This document shows, piece by piece, positions 39,142-48,536 of a DNA stretch of 64,000 nt (positions within the stretch are counted from its first letter, which is position 1; each line of letters begins with the position of its first letter). The DNA lies in the NCBI GenBank assembly GCA_964427735.1, contig CAYRUS010000001.1, positions 537,373 to 601,372 of the forward strand, read 5' to 3'. The translations under genes were made by a program, and so were the position numbers. Under the pieces are notes generated by a model that did not search any database, had not been told where the DNA came from, and was given only the letters and a program-made list of their open reading frames with translations. The DNA is from an uncultured Gammaproteobacteria bacterium. Lineage in GTDB: Bacteria > Patescibacteriota > Microgenomatia > UBA8517.

Positions 39142-40809
39142 CTATCTTATATATCTAATAGTTCTTAACAGATTTCCTAACCAGTGAGGACCAAATCTCT
39201 CCATTCTGCTTACTCCAAGTGAAGTTGCTCCTCTGGTTAAAGTATCAGCAGGACCTACTGCTTGTCCTATGGCAGCCCCATAATTGAAAGACTGACCGCT
39301 TATGATAGCTTTAACTAATTCATTCGACCTATGAATTATTAAAAATATTACAAGTGATACAATAAAGAATAGCAAGGCAATACCAGTTTCTCCTTCGGAG
39401 TATAAGAGAGGAGGCCACCCCGGAACAAAGTCTTGTCCTGTAAAAACATTGGTTAATGGTACTCCAAAAATAAAAGCTCCAATAGGATCTACTCCCGCCG
39501 AGCCAATTGCTAATTTTGCATACTGTGCAGACATTCCAAGAAAAATGAAGGATAATACAAAAAGGAATCCTGTTACCACAAACACAGCTAAATTAGAAGA
39601 ATACTGTTTTACCCAGTTACCAAAACCAAGACTAGGAATTACAACACCAAGGGTAATCAAAAAAGGAGCAAAAATTGTCAACAATACAATGGTTGCATAT
39701 GCTTTAGCTAGACCCCATACAATCTTTACTAAATAAATTACTATTACAGCCATTATAATAAGTAAGAAAACAAGACCAATAATGAGTGCTATTGCTGTTG
39801 TTGGTGCAGCACTGGCAGCAGCTATAACTAAAAGAGTAGCGACAGCTGTAGCCAATGCTGCTCCTATTGCTCCAAAAAAAACTATTACCAACAGTAGTCC
39901 TACAAAAGTTGCTAATACTAGGAATATTATTATTAGACCAAAAATGCCAGAATGAAATGTGGGATTGCTTGAACTACCAAAACCAGGGCCTTGTGTCATC
40001 ACTTCAAACAAATATGCTGGATTGGATTGGTTACCTGAAAAAGATCTTACAAAGCTACTTAATAGTAAGCTCAGTAGACCTATAACTACATACATGAGAT
40101 CTATCAAAAGACCTGCTATAGCATAGGAAAAGGTGACGAGTATCAGTGCAATAAATATTTTAGGAAGTGCGGACTGAATACTTACCACAGTTTGAGGAGA
40201 AATTTTAATTCTAAACATAATCATAAAGGCAAAGATAATTATAATAATAACGAATAGGACATAAGAAAGATCGCGAGAAGCTTTCCATAAAGTCTGTATA
40301 GGGTCTAGTGCTGTTTTGTATCCAAAACCTTCCTGTGCATTAGCCTCTGGTATTATTGAAAATTTATTTATAGTTTTATCCAGATATGATAATGCTGATA
40401 AGCTTCTGTTAGTGTTAAAAACACTTGCAACTAAAGATTTATCCGATTGCAAATTTGTGAAAGGTTCTTGAGATGGAGCTTGTGCCAGCTTTAAACAATT
40501 TCCTACATCACTAGAGGAAATACATCTCATAACATCAGCTCCCAAGACTTGGGCAAAAGGCCAGCCAATAACGCTCCAGATTATCCAATTTACTTGAGCA
40601 TATGTATACCTCTCCCCAAAAATTTCACCTGAAGGATCGTCAAAAACTTTAGAATAAAATTGATCGGGATGTTGGTTATACCAAGGCTGAAGAGCATATG
40701 AAGATTTTGGTACGTAAACTGCAAGGGAGGTAAAAAGATAGAGTGCAATAAGTACGGATAGTGCTAGTTTTTTCAGGACAGTCATTTTAATCAGTTTAGT
40801 TAATTTCAT
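39142..40809 (-). CDS. VirB6/TrbL-like polytopic membrane protein
   Basis: 555 aa. It has a signal/TM segment, a ~150-aa extracytoplasmic N-domain, then at least 8 hydrophobic helices rich in small residues (AAASAAPTTAIALIIGLVFLLIIMAVIVIYL...). This architecture is typical of VirB6/TcpH. Confidence 0.55.
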   Translation of the reverse strand: MKLTKLIKMTVLKKLALSVLIALYLFTSLAVYVPKSSYALQPWYNQHPDQFYSKVFDDPSGEIFGERYTYAQVNWIIWSVIGWPFAQVLGADVMRCISSSDVGNCLKLAQAPSQEPFTNLQSDKSLVASVFNTNRSLSALSYLDKTINKFSIIPEANAQEGFGYKTALDPIQTLWKASRDLSYVLFVIIIIIFAFMIMFRIKISPQTVVSIQSALPKIFIALILVTFSYAIAGLLIDLMYVVIGLLSLLLSSFVRSFSGNQSNPAYLFEVMTQGPGFGSSSNPTFHSGIFGLIIIFLVLATFVGLLLVIVFFGAIGAALATAVATLLVIAAASAAPTTAIALIIGLVFLLIIMAVIVIYLVKIVWGLAKAYATIVLLTIFAPFLITLGVVIPSLGFGNWVKQYSSNLAVFVVTGFLFVLSFIFLGMSAQYAKLAIGSAGVDPIGAFIFGVPLTNVFTGQDFVPGWPPLLYSEGETGIALLFFIVSLVIFLIIHRSNELVKAIISGQSFNYGAAIGQAVGPADTLTRGATSLGVSRMERFGPHWLGNLLRTIRYIR

Positions 40810-40871
40810 ATGTAATTACAAGCAGGTTTAACAAGCAAATCTTATAAGCTTATAACACAAACTGTTATTTA

Positions 40872-41393
40872 TCAATTGTTACTTTCATTCAGGTTATTGT
40901 TGCAAAAACTCAAACCATGTTTTTTTCCAGCTTCTTCAGGATTTGCGAAGACTGCTGTTTTTATATCAACATTTAATTGGCAGGCTTCACTAGGAGAAAT
41001 ATTTAGTTCTCGTAAAAAGGCTTCCTCAGCTATCTTTCTGGTTTCTTCAAAAGGTGAGCCATATATAAAGATCGTAAATTTTCTTACGTCATAAAAGTAA
41101 GCGAACTCGTATTTATCATTAGTCTTAAAAACTGTATCTCCGTCTTTTGTAATTGTTTCTGGATTTTTATAGAAGTTATCGACTTCCACGCCAGAAATTT
41201 TTAGTTTTTCTGTTGTTTTAGGGATATCATCTACATTTATCTTCGATTCAGGTAGGTCGAATACTACTTCGTGGGCTTCGTTATTTTTAACTGCTTTCGA
41301 AACTTCGTTTTTTTTGTTTAGCACAAATAGTAAGGAACCAAATAATACTAAGCCAGTAAGAACTATTGTTAATCTCTTTTTAGTTTTCAACAT
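40872..41393 (-). CDS. hypothetical bitopic protein (possible VirB8-like component)
   Basis: 173 aa with an N-terminal TM (LTIVLTGLVLFGSLLFVL) and a periplasmic-type domain. It lies between the lytic transglycosylase and VirB6-like genes. Confidence 0.4.
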   Translation of the reverse strand: MLKTKKRLTIVLTGLVLFGSLLFVLNKKNEVSKAVKNNEAHEVVFDLPESKINVDDIPKTTEKLKISGVEVDNFYKNPETITKDGDTVFKTNDKYEFAYFYDVRKFTIFIYGSPFEETRKIAEEAFLRELNISPSEACQLNVDIKTAVFANPEEAGKKHGLSFCNNNLNESNN

Positions 41394-41405
41394 TTTTATA
41401 TAACT

Positions 41406-43850
41406 TTAATGGATACCACATGCCTTTGCTCCGGCCCAAGGACCGAAGCCACTTTCATTATATATTTTTTTAGCATATTGTAGGTTGTTATTAGGATCTC
41501 TAAACCAATCTAAACATATTTGTCTTAGTTGATCATATCCATCATTTATTGCGCAAGAACTCCCTGAGTAAGTGAAAGCATCTGGGCATGTTATATTGTC
41601 CGGATAGCCAGCAGCTGTTATTTGCGCACGGAGACTATCTGGAACATCACTAGATCGAGACGGGTGAGCTAGTAAATTTATTTGAAACAACCCTACGCTG
41701 TAATCAAGAGTTTTCCCCCTTAGACAATTGTCATTCAAGGCGAATTGGTACCCAGAGCTTTCTTTATTACATACTTGAGAAAATGCTGTGGCAAGATTCA
41801 TATCGTCATTAAAATGAGGTAAGAGATTGTTTATACTACAAGGCTCACTATCGTCTGTTATAGCTTGGCAAGTACCGCTAGGAACAACTCCAGAAGGATA
41901 TCCCGGTGCGTAAGAAACTTTTAATTCTTGTGGACGTAGGGCGTCTTGGATTCCTCTTTGAAAATATTCTTGAATTCCACCTAAGTGGGGAATAAAGATA
42001 TCTGCCCTTTCACCAGTTCTCTTACTTTCCGGGTCACCTGCTTGAATACTAATATTTCCACTCCCACCTTCATCTTCGTATATAGCCGTAGTTACACCGG
42101 GTAGGTCTTTGATTTCTATGTTTAGTCCATTTGGACCGAACTTTGGCATAAATCGTTTAAAAACAGATGAAGCTCCAGAAACCAGCCTTTGCCAATTTTC
42201 CTGAGCTTTTGGAGTACGAGTGTAGACACCAACTGCTGTATAGGCTTCTTTTTCGCATGTTCCAGGGTCAGTAGTGCAAGCTGCTCTACAAACGCCTGGT
42301 GTGCCTGCTGGTCCAGTACCAGGATTCATACAATCGTCGTAACAGGCTTCATCAAGACCTGCTGGACCAAAGTCACAGCTAAATTCTGTTGTAAAAGTCA
42401 CATCAGCTGTGATTGGGTCGTTGCCATATTCTCCAAATAAATCGTCTCCGCTGTTCCAGCGTACATCCAGCAAATCACAATGGTCGTTTCTGCTGTAAAG
42501 ATCAAAATTACCATGATTACCATCAAAGGTTACTGCCTCATCAGCTGCATAGGTTTGCTGAAGTAGGGAGGCAAGCTCAGCACTTTCTTCCATATGAGAA
42601 AAATAAAGATTATCGACATCTTTATCAACATCTATGCTTATATTGCTAACATTGACTTCACTATTAGGTTGTAAGGTGTGTGACAAATCAGAATCAATAA
42701 CAACTTGACCAATTCTATCTTCTGTGGAACCCTTATTCCCCGACGGTCCAGCAAGGGGAATATATGGGTAAAGATTTGCCCAAAAATCAGGTTTTAATGG
42801 ATTATTAGCACAGAACAAAAACGTTTTTCCTCCTACAACAGGAACAAAATTAGGAACATTAACAGATTCACAAGAATCACCTCGCCATTCACGATATTTT
42901 TCCCAATATTCTTCAAAGCTTTTACCGTCATCTGCAAACTCACTTTCAAAGGGAGGTATATGATTTTCCCATTCTTTTAACCTTTTTTCTTGAACGAGAT
43001 AATCTGTAAGAGCATTTCTTTCATCGTAGCACGGTACAGGTATCCCACCTATTTCACCAAGTAAAGGTACATCAATCCCTAGGGTACAGCCTACAATCTG
43101 ATTGTGCCTATCTTGACCTGCACTTTTAATGGTCTCAGCCCTAGCTCGAAACTGGATTTCCTGAGGTAGTAATTTGTTGAGTGGACCACTATAATTTACA
43201 AGTCTATCTTCTGATTCTTTTGTTAGTATATTTTTAATATCAACTGGGATTTTTATTGGGGGACCAGGAGGAATTTGTAGAATGTTAGGAATTTCAATAA
43301 ATTCTATTTTTTTCTCATAATCCAGATATTCTCCCTCAGCCTTAAAGACATCTCCTTGCAAATACCAGCTTACATATTCGTTCATTCTTTGTGCGGAAGT
43401 AAGGTTTTCTGGTGTAGGGTTGCCTTTGTTTTGAGAATTTTCAACTAGTTGGGTATTTCCCATAATGGGAAGTTCAGCATGCAAAAGGTTGATAGCAAAG
43501 CTAGCTTCTTCCTCAAATCTGTAAGTACAGTGTTGTGAACCGTCTGCTTTTATAGTGCATGTTCCTCCTTCTGGAGTTACGTTGTAATTTTTTTTGATAA
43601 TCAGGTCATTACCACAGTAAATTTCTGCTTCTTGGATTTCTTCATCACAAGGACTTGCTTGGTAAGGTCTTAGTGAATTAAATTCTTCATCTCTAATATC
43701 ATTACAGGGGACATAAGGGTTGGGAACCTGTGCAAAGACATTGGTTGCATAGCCAAGGTAAACTAGCGTAAGAACCAGGAAGAAATCTATAATTAATAAA
43801 AACTTACCAAGATTTATATTCATTTTAGCGTTTAGTAGTTGTGGCAGCAT
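41406..43850 (-). CDS. secreted Cys-rich protein with a C-terminal lytic transglycosylase (SLT/lysozyme-like) domain; VirB1-like
   Basis: 814 aa with an N-terminal signal/TM. The C-terminus ..NKESSGYQFALNDN....DYSVGLFQINLLAH.. matches the SLT ES...GLMQ core. Many Cys pairs suggest disulfides. Confidence 0.6.
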   Translation of the reverse strand: MLPQLLNAKMNINLGKFLLIIDFFLVLTLVYLGYATNVFAQVPNPYVPCNDIRDEEFNSLRPYQASPCDEEIQEAEIYCGNDLIIKKNYNVTPEGGTCTIKADGSQHCTYRFEEEASFAINLLHAELPIMGNTQLVENSQNKGNPTPENLTSAQRMNEYVSWYLQGDVFKAEGEYLDYEKKIEFIEIPNILQIPPGPPIKIPVDIKNILTKESEDRLVNYSGPLNKLLPQEIQFRARAETIKSAGQDRHNQIVGCTLGIDVPLLGEIGGIPVPCYDERNALTDYLVQEKRLKEWENHIPPFESEFADDGKSFEEYWEKYREWRGDSCESVNVPNFVPVVGGKTFLFCANNPLKPDFWANLYPYIPLAGPSGNKGSTEDRIGQVVIDSDLSHTLQPNSEVNVSNISIDVDKDVDNLYFSHMEESAELASLLQQTYAADEAVTFDGNHGNFDLYSRNDHCDLLDVRWNSGDDLFGEYGNDPITADVTFTTEFSCDFGPAGLDEACYDDCMNPGTGPAGTPGVCRAACTTDPGTCEKEAYTAVGVYTRTPKAQENWQRLVSGASSVFKRFMPKFGPNGLNIEIKDLPGVTTAIYEDEGGSGNISIQAGDPESKRTGERADIFIPHLGGIQEYFQRGIQDALRPQELKVSYAPGYPSGVVPSGTCQAITDDSEPCSINNLLPHFNDDMNLATAFSQVCNKESSGYQFALNDNCLRGKTLDYSVGLFQINLLAHPSRSSDVPDSLRAQITAAGYPDNITCPDAFTYSGSSCAINDGYDQLRQICLDWFRDPNNNLQYAKKIYNESGFGPWAGAKACGIH

Positions 43851-43968
43851 AATTATTTAGACAAATCCTAGTAGTATATCAAATTTAACATATTGAGGAA
43901 GAAAAAGGAGTTATAACTAAGGAAATTGAATGTAAAGACTTGATTTTAGAAATAAAAATAAATATTTA

Positions 43969-44268
43969 TTATGGTAGTGTTATCTTGAACTCAGTTACAG
44001 GTGCTCCTGTCAAAGTTTCTATTAGCTGCATTATCAAAAAAGACATGATTACCAAAAATAGCCCACCAAGTGAATAGGTAATTGTTTTTTTAGCTGCTTC
44101 TGCTTGCTGAGGGTTTGTTCCTGAGGTCAAAAATTTTAATCCGCCGACAAGGAGCATTATGAAGGCTGCTATTGCACCAAAACCTAGTAAAACAGAAATG
44201 ATATTCCCAAAGATAATTTCAAGATCTTCTATTTTTGCCGGTTGGGCATTAGGAATCTTTGGATTCAT
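43969..44268 (-). CDS. VirB2/TrbC-like pilin candidate (paralogue 8)
   Basis: 99 aa. It has TM1 and a ..LTSGTNPQQAEAAKKTITYSLGGL.. loop, then TM2. It shares the S-x-G-D/N-P/K...A...I...L.G motif with the 45952-48482 array. Confidence 0.45.
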   Translation of the reverse strand: MNPKIPNAQPAKIEDLEIIFGNIISVLLGFGAIAAFIMLLVGGLKFLTSGTNPQQAEAAKKTITYSLGGLFLVIMSFLIMQLIETLTGAPVTEFKITLP

Positions 44269-44363
44269 AGTTTTATTTTATAATAGGAGAGAAAAAAGGA
44301 CAAACATTTGTCGTGATTGTATTTCATTCTTTATACAGTTTAAACTTGATTTATAATATATAA

Positions 44364-45875
44364 ATGAAATCAAGTGATTTTTTAAGTAAATTGTCCCTGT
44401 TTAAATATAGTTTTACATTCGTTTTTTTCTTAATTGTAATTTTTTCAGTTTTTTTTATAAAAATTTATAACACAACAGACCCGGATTTTGGATGGCATTT
44501 AAGAACAGGGGAAATAATAATAAAAGAAGGTATACCAAAAACAGATCCGTTTTCATATACAATGCCAAATTTCCCTTATGTTGATCACGCTTGGCTTACA
44601 GATGTTTTTATCGTAGTCATTTATTCTTCGTTTGGAAAGTTAGGTTTAACAATCGTTTTTTCGTTATTAATGTTTGTTATATTGATTTTGGCTGTGACGC
44701 TATTTGGAAATTCAGGTTTGTACAATGCTGTTAGAAGCAGTGACAATATTAAACTCTTATCATACTTAATCTCTTTACTTTTGGGTTCGGCTGTTTTAGT
44801 TTACTATGCATCTGTTCGTACGCATCTCTTTAGTTGGTTGTTTTTTTTAATTGTAGCTAAGATCTTACTGAATAAAAGGATTTGGAATAAATACAAGTAT
44901 TTTATTCCAGTTGTTTTTTTATTGTGGGCAAACTTACATGGAGGATTTTTAGCTGGATTTCTTCTTGTAGGAATTTGTTTAGTTGTTAATTTTATTTATG
45001 ATAGGAATGCTTTTAAAGAGTTATTAATATTGTTTGTTGCTTCAATATTGTTTACTTTATTAAATCCTTATTTTATTGATTTATGGCGCGAGGTGCTAAC
45101 TACTGTAGCAGATAATGATTTAAAGAAATATATAGCAGAATGGAAATCTTTAGTTTTTACACCAATTCTTAGTTTTGGTGCCCTTTTCGGTCTGACTGTC
45201 GGTTTTTTAAGCAAATATAGTAAACAAATAGAAGTGTCTCCAATTATTTTATTTTTGGTTTTTACGATATTGGCTATTTCATCTGTAAAAAATTTACCGT
45301 TTTGGGTTGTAATTACTATGCCTATTTTAGTAACTTGCCTAAACTATTTAGTGCTTGAGATTGAACAAGTCAAATATGCAAAAAAAAGATTGTTATACTT
45401 TTTAAACATTCTGCTTGTGATATCTTTGGTTGTGTTTTTACTTGAAACCAAAATTGCTTTAAATCGAATAAAACAGATAAGCATTACCAAACATACTCAG
45501 GAGGTTGGTTTTATTGATTTTTTAAAAACTAGGAACAGTCAGGGAAATATATTTAATGAATATGGTCTTGGGGGCTATCTTATTTGGAAGTACCCAGAAA
45601 AAAGAGTGTTTATTGATGGAAGAATGGCCATTTGGGAAATGCAAGATTCAACACATAATTATGAAAGCGATGCTTTTGATAAATATATTAATATTATAAA
45701 AGGGAAAGTAGACTACAAAGAAGCTTTTGAAAAATATGATATTGATACTGTTGTTTGGATAAACAAGAAGTATACTTCATCGGATCCGAAGCAATTGTTT
45801 ATTGAGAAATTAATAAAAGATGGATGGTTATTAGTATACGAAGATAATTATGTGATTATTTACTCAAAGCAATGA
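44364..45875 (+). CDS. polytopic membrane protein, GT-C-like (possible glycosyl/oligosaccharyl transferase)
   Basis: 503 aa with at least 10 TM helices. The first extracytoplasmic loop is DPDFGWHLRTGEIIIKEGIPKTDPFSY (Asp/Glu-rich, as in GT-C first loops). It is flanked on both sides by pilin-like genes. Confidence 0.35.
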   Translation: MKSSDFLSKLSLFKYSFTFVFFLIVIFSVFFIKIYNTTDPDFGWHLRTGEIIIKEGIPKTDPFSYTMPNFPYVDHAWLTDVFIVVIYSSFGKLGLTIVFSLLMFVILILAVTLFGNSGLYNAVRSSDNIKLLSYLISLLLGSAVLVYYASVRTHLFSWLFFLIVAKILLNKRIWNKYKYFIPVVFLLWANLHGGFLAGFLLVGICLVVNFIYDRNAFKELLILFVASILFTLLNPYFIDLWREVLTTVADNDLKKYIAEWKSLVFTPILSFGALFGLTVGFLSKYSKQIEVSPIILFLVFTILAISSVKNLPFWVVITMPILVTCLNYLVLEIEQVKYAKKRLLYFLNILLVISLVVFLLETKIALNRIKQISITKHTQEVGFIDFLKTRNSQGNIFNEYGLGGYLIWKYPEKRVFIDGRMAIWEMQDSTHNYESDAFDKYINIIKGKVDYKEAFEKYDIDTVVWINKKYTSSDPKQLFIEKLIKDGWLLVYEDNYVIIYSKQ

Positions 45876-45951
45876 TTAGTATCGTGTTACTGCACTTAAG
45901 ACACAATATTAACATTCAACAGAACTTATCTTAAATTAGAGGTGTAAGAAG

Positions 45952-46338
45952 TTATATAGAAGGGAGATTTAGATCTAATATATTTATATGGAAGAATGTG
46001 TTTATTAAACTTACAATTGCATAAGCAGAGAAAACTATAACAAGTCCAATGAGTGCTGATGTTATCTGACTTCTAGCACCTTCCATTTTACCTTTGTCTC
46101 CAGCTGAAAGAATCCATCTGATACCTCCAACAACAAGCATAACGAAGAAAATAACTGCTGCTAAAATAAATAGTATAGTAACAATAGTACTTACTATACC
46201 AGTTGCTTCAAAACCTACAAGATTGGTGAAAGTGCTATCATCGTCAGGTCTAAGAGTTACATCTGATTGAGCTTTTGCAACAGGAACCAAAAAGAAAGCA
46301 TTTGTAATTGCTACATTAATTTTGTCTGTTAATTTCAT
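45952..46338 (-). CDS. VirB2/TrbC-like pilin candidate (paralogue 1 of tandem array)
   Basis: 128 aa, two hydrophobic segments separated by the ..LSAGDKGKMEGARSQITSALIGL.. loop. Confidence 0.45.
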   Translation of the reverse strand: MKLTDKINVAITNAFFLVPVAKAQSDVTLRPDDDSTFTNLVGFEATGIVSTIVTILFILAAVIFFVMLVVGGIRWILSAGDKGKMEGARSQITSALIGLVIVFSAYAIVSLINTFFHINILDLNLPSI

Positions 46339-46350
46339 ATTAATAATTTA

Positions 46351-46683
46351 TTATTGAATTCTTAAGGCACCTATGTCAAGTACTAAAATATCAATGCCAA
46401 AAAGTGTTTCGACTAAGGATATTATAGCATAAACTGAAAAAAGAGCAATAACCCCTATAATTGCATGTGTAATTGTTTTTTGGGCTGATTCTAGTTTCAT
46501 TTTATCTCCACTTGAAGATATCCATCCAATAGCTCCTTTTACAAACATAAAAAAGAAAACTATAGACCCTGCTATAAATGCTAAAGTTATAAATGTGGAT
46601 ATCATTCTATCAATATACTTAACACCGGGTTCAAATCTAACACTAGGGTCAAGCAAAGGATTTTGTAAAACAAACATTGTCAT
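46351..46683 (-). CDS. VirB2/TrbC-like pilin candidate (paralogue 2)
   Basis: 110 aa with the ..SSSGDKMKLESAQKTITHAIIGV.. loop. Confidence 0.45.
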   Translation of the reverse strand: MTMFVLQNPLLDPSVRFEPGVKYIDRMISTFITLAFIAGSIVFFFMFVKGAIGWISSSGDKMKLESAQKTITHAIIGVIALFSVYAIISLVETLFGIDILVLDIGALRIQ

Positions 46684-46692
46684 ATATTTATA

Positions 46693-47061
46693 TTATCTTA
46701 GATTTCTAATTGCTGGTGCAAGATCAAGAATGTACGGTATACCAATTAGCTCACCTACGAGATCAAGAATAAATGTTGCCAGTATAACTACTAATAAGCC
46801 AATTAAAGCTGTGGATATATTTTTCCATGCGTTTGCTACTTGTTGTTTGTCTCCACTAGAAGAAATTAAAGCGTATGCTCCGGTGATTAATTTGAAAACA
46901 AACCATATAATGGCAACAATTGTAAGTACGCCAATAGCTAAAGTTAATGTCTGCTCAAAAATAGTAGGTGCTTGTGGAAATAGTTTTCCTTCTAAACCTA
47001 GCGGGCCCTCTCCTCGAAACCCTCCGGGTGGGTGAATGTTTATTTGTGCAAGTTTGTTCAT
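46693..47061 (-). CDS. VirB2/TrbC-like pilin candidate (paralogue 3)
   Basis: 122 aa with an MNKLAQIN leader and the ..SSSGDKQQVANAWKNISTALIGL.. loop. Confidence 0.45.
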   Translation of the reverse strand: MNKLAQINIHPPGGFRGEGPLGLEGKLFPQAPTIFEQTLTLAIGVLTIVAIIWFVFKLITGAYALISSSGDKQQVANAWKNISTALIGLLVVILATFILDLVGELIGIPYILDLAPAIRNLR

Positions 47062-47062
47062 A

Positions 47063-47395
47063 TTAGATAGTTGGGATTACCGGTGTTAACAAAGCATCGT
47101 AATCTCCAAAAATAAGTCTTCCAAAAAGTGCTGCAAGTACAAATGATCCTGCGACTACAGTTAGTCCTAGTGCAGTCTGCCAGATTTTTGCCCAGGCCCC
47201 TGCTACTTTTTTAGGATCATCTCCAGCTGATAAAAAGGCATATCCTGCAAAAATGAAATTAAATAAAGCATAAATACTGGCAACAACTATTAAAGTCTGT
47301 ACCATAATATTTAATAATATTCCAATTGCACCACCTTGGATTGAACCAAATCGGGCTAGAGGAGTAGGTACAGGTATATTTCCAAAAACATTCAT
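47063..47395 (-). CDS. VirB2/TrbC-like pilin candidate (paralogue 4)
   Basis: 110 aa with the ..LSAGDDPKKVAGAWAKIWQTALGL.. loop. Confidence 0.45.
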   Translation of the reverse strand: MNVFGNIPVPTPLARFGSIQGGAIGILLNIMVQTLIVVASIYALFNFIFAGYAFLSAGDDPKKVAGAWAKIWQTALGLTVVAGSFVLAALFGRLIFGDYDALLTPVIPTI

Positions 47396-47396
47396 A

Positions 47397-47750
47397 TTAA
47401 ATTCCTGGTGCAGTTATAAAATTAACACCTATTATTATTTCTATTATGCGGATAATCCAAAAAGCTGTAAATACCAGAAAAAATCCGATTACGGCATAAG
47501 TCATAGTTGCCTTGCCTTTGGCTGCTCGTTGCGGATCTTGGTTTCCAGCACCCATAATTATACTTAACCCACCAAAAATAAACAAGAAAAAGACTATAAC
47601 TCCTGATATTACTAAGGCAGATTGAACTATAATTCCTACAATTTCTCCAATTCCATAAGTAAGACCAGGTCCTCTGGCAATACCTCTTGGTCCTGCACCG
47701 ACTCTAAAAAATTTATCACCAATATCAAAAGCAACAGCAATCTTGTTCAT
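47397..47750 (-). CDS. VirB2/TrbC-like pilin candidate (paralogue 5)
   Basis: 117 aa with an MNKIA leader and the ..MGAGNQDPQRAAKGKATMTYAVIGF.. loop. Confidence 0.45.
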   Translation of the reverse strand: MNKIAVAFDIGDKFFRVGAGPRGIARGPGLTYGIGEIVGIIVQSALVISGVIVFFLFIFGGLSIIMGAGNQDPQRAAKGKATMTYAVIGFFLVFTAFWIIRIIEIIIGVNFITAPGI

Positions 47751-47752
47751 TT

Positions 47753-48088
47753 TTAAAAGATACTTATAATCGAATCTATCTTAAATACTATTCCTATAAT
47801 CTGAATTATCCAATATGCCGCAAAAACCACTAAAAATCCCAAACCCGCGTTTTTTATTTTGGTTTGAGCCATTTGTACTTTTTTTGGATCACCTGCTGAT
47901 GTCATTAATTGAAAACCTGCAGAGAGAAGAAACAGAAGAAGGATAATCCCCGCTGTAGCAAAGATATATGGAAGAAGTGCAGCAATGATTCCAGCAATAT
48001 TGAGAGAGTTGTCAATTGTAATCTTTCCACCGCCAACGTGGTCAGTTCTATAAATCAGGTCAAAGTTAATCTGTGCTAGCTTGTTCAT
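47753..48088 (-). CDS. VirB2/TrbC-like pilin candidate (paralogue 6)
   Basis: 111 aa with an MNKLAQIN leader and the ..TSAGDPKKVQMAQTKIKNAGLGF.. loop. Confidence 0.45.
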   Translation of the reverse strand: MNKLAQINFDLIYRTDHVGGGKITIDNSLNIAGIIAALLPYIFATAGIILLLFLLSAGFQLMTSAGDPKKVQMAQTKIKNAGLGFLVVFAAYWIIQIIGIVFKIDSIISIF

Positions 48089-48092
48089 ATTA

Positions 48093-48482
48093 TTATCCCA
48101 ATGGTATTCCTAGGATATTTACACCTAGGTATTGTAAAACAAAAACACTAAAAATAAGAAGTAAAAGTCCTGAAATTGCAGAAAACAAAAGTTCTTGTCC
48201 TGCTCTAAGCCTATCTGGAACACCTTGGGATGTAGTAATCATAATTCCTGCATAGACTATTAATATAAAAGCTATTCCACCAGCAATACCGACAGCCCAA
48301 CGAAAGACCCAAACAATAAATGTATCTGTTCCTGCTAGTACAGGTATACAACCTATTGCTGTATCAATGCCAGTATCGCCACCACCAGGGGTAATCGGGG
48401 GATTACATAATTGTGCAAAAACAGGCAAGGGAAAGCTTAAAAAACTTAATATAATAGCAAGTACAAAAAAAGTTTTTCTCAT
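48093..48482 (-). CDS. VirB2/TrbC-like pilin candidate (paralogue 7, most divergent; signal peptide + Cys-containing N-region)
   Basis: 129 aa with an N-terminal signal (FVLAIILSFLSFPLPVFA) and the ..TTSQGVPDRLRAGQELLFSAISGL.. loop. Confidence 0.4.
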   Translation of the reverse strand: MRKTFFVLAIILSFLSFPLPVFAQLCNPPITPGGGDTGIDTAIGCIPVLAGTDTFIVWVFRWAVGIAGGIAFILIVYAGIMITTSQGVPDRLRAGQELLFSAISGLLLLIFSVFVLQYLGVNILGIPLG

Positions 48483-48536
48483 AAAATAAGTTTATCACAG
48501 AGCAAACAGAGTAGTATAGCAAACTGAGCTACAAAT

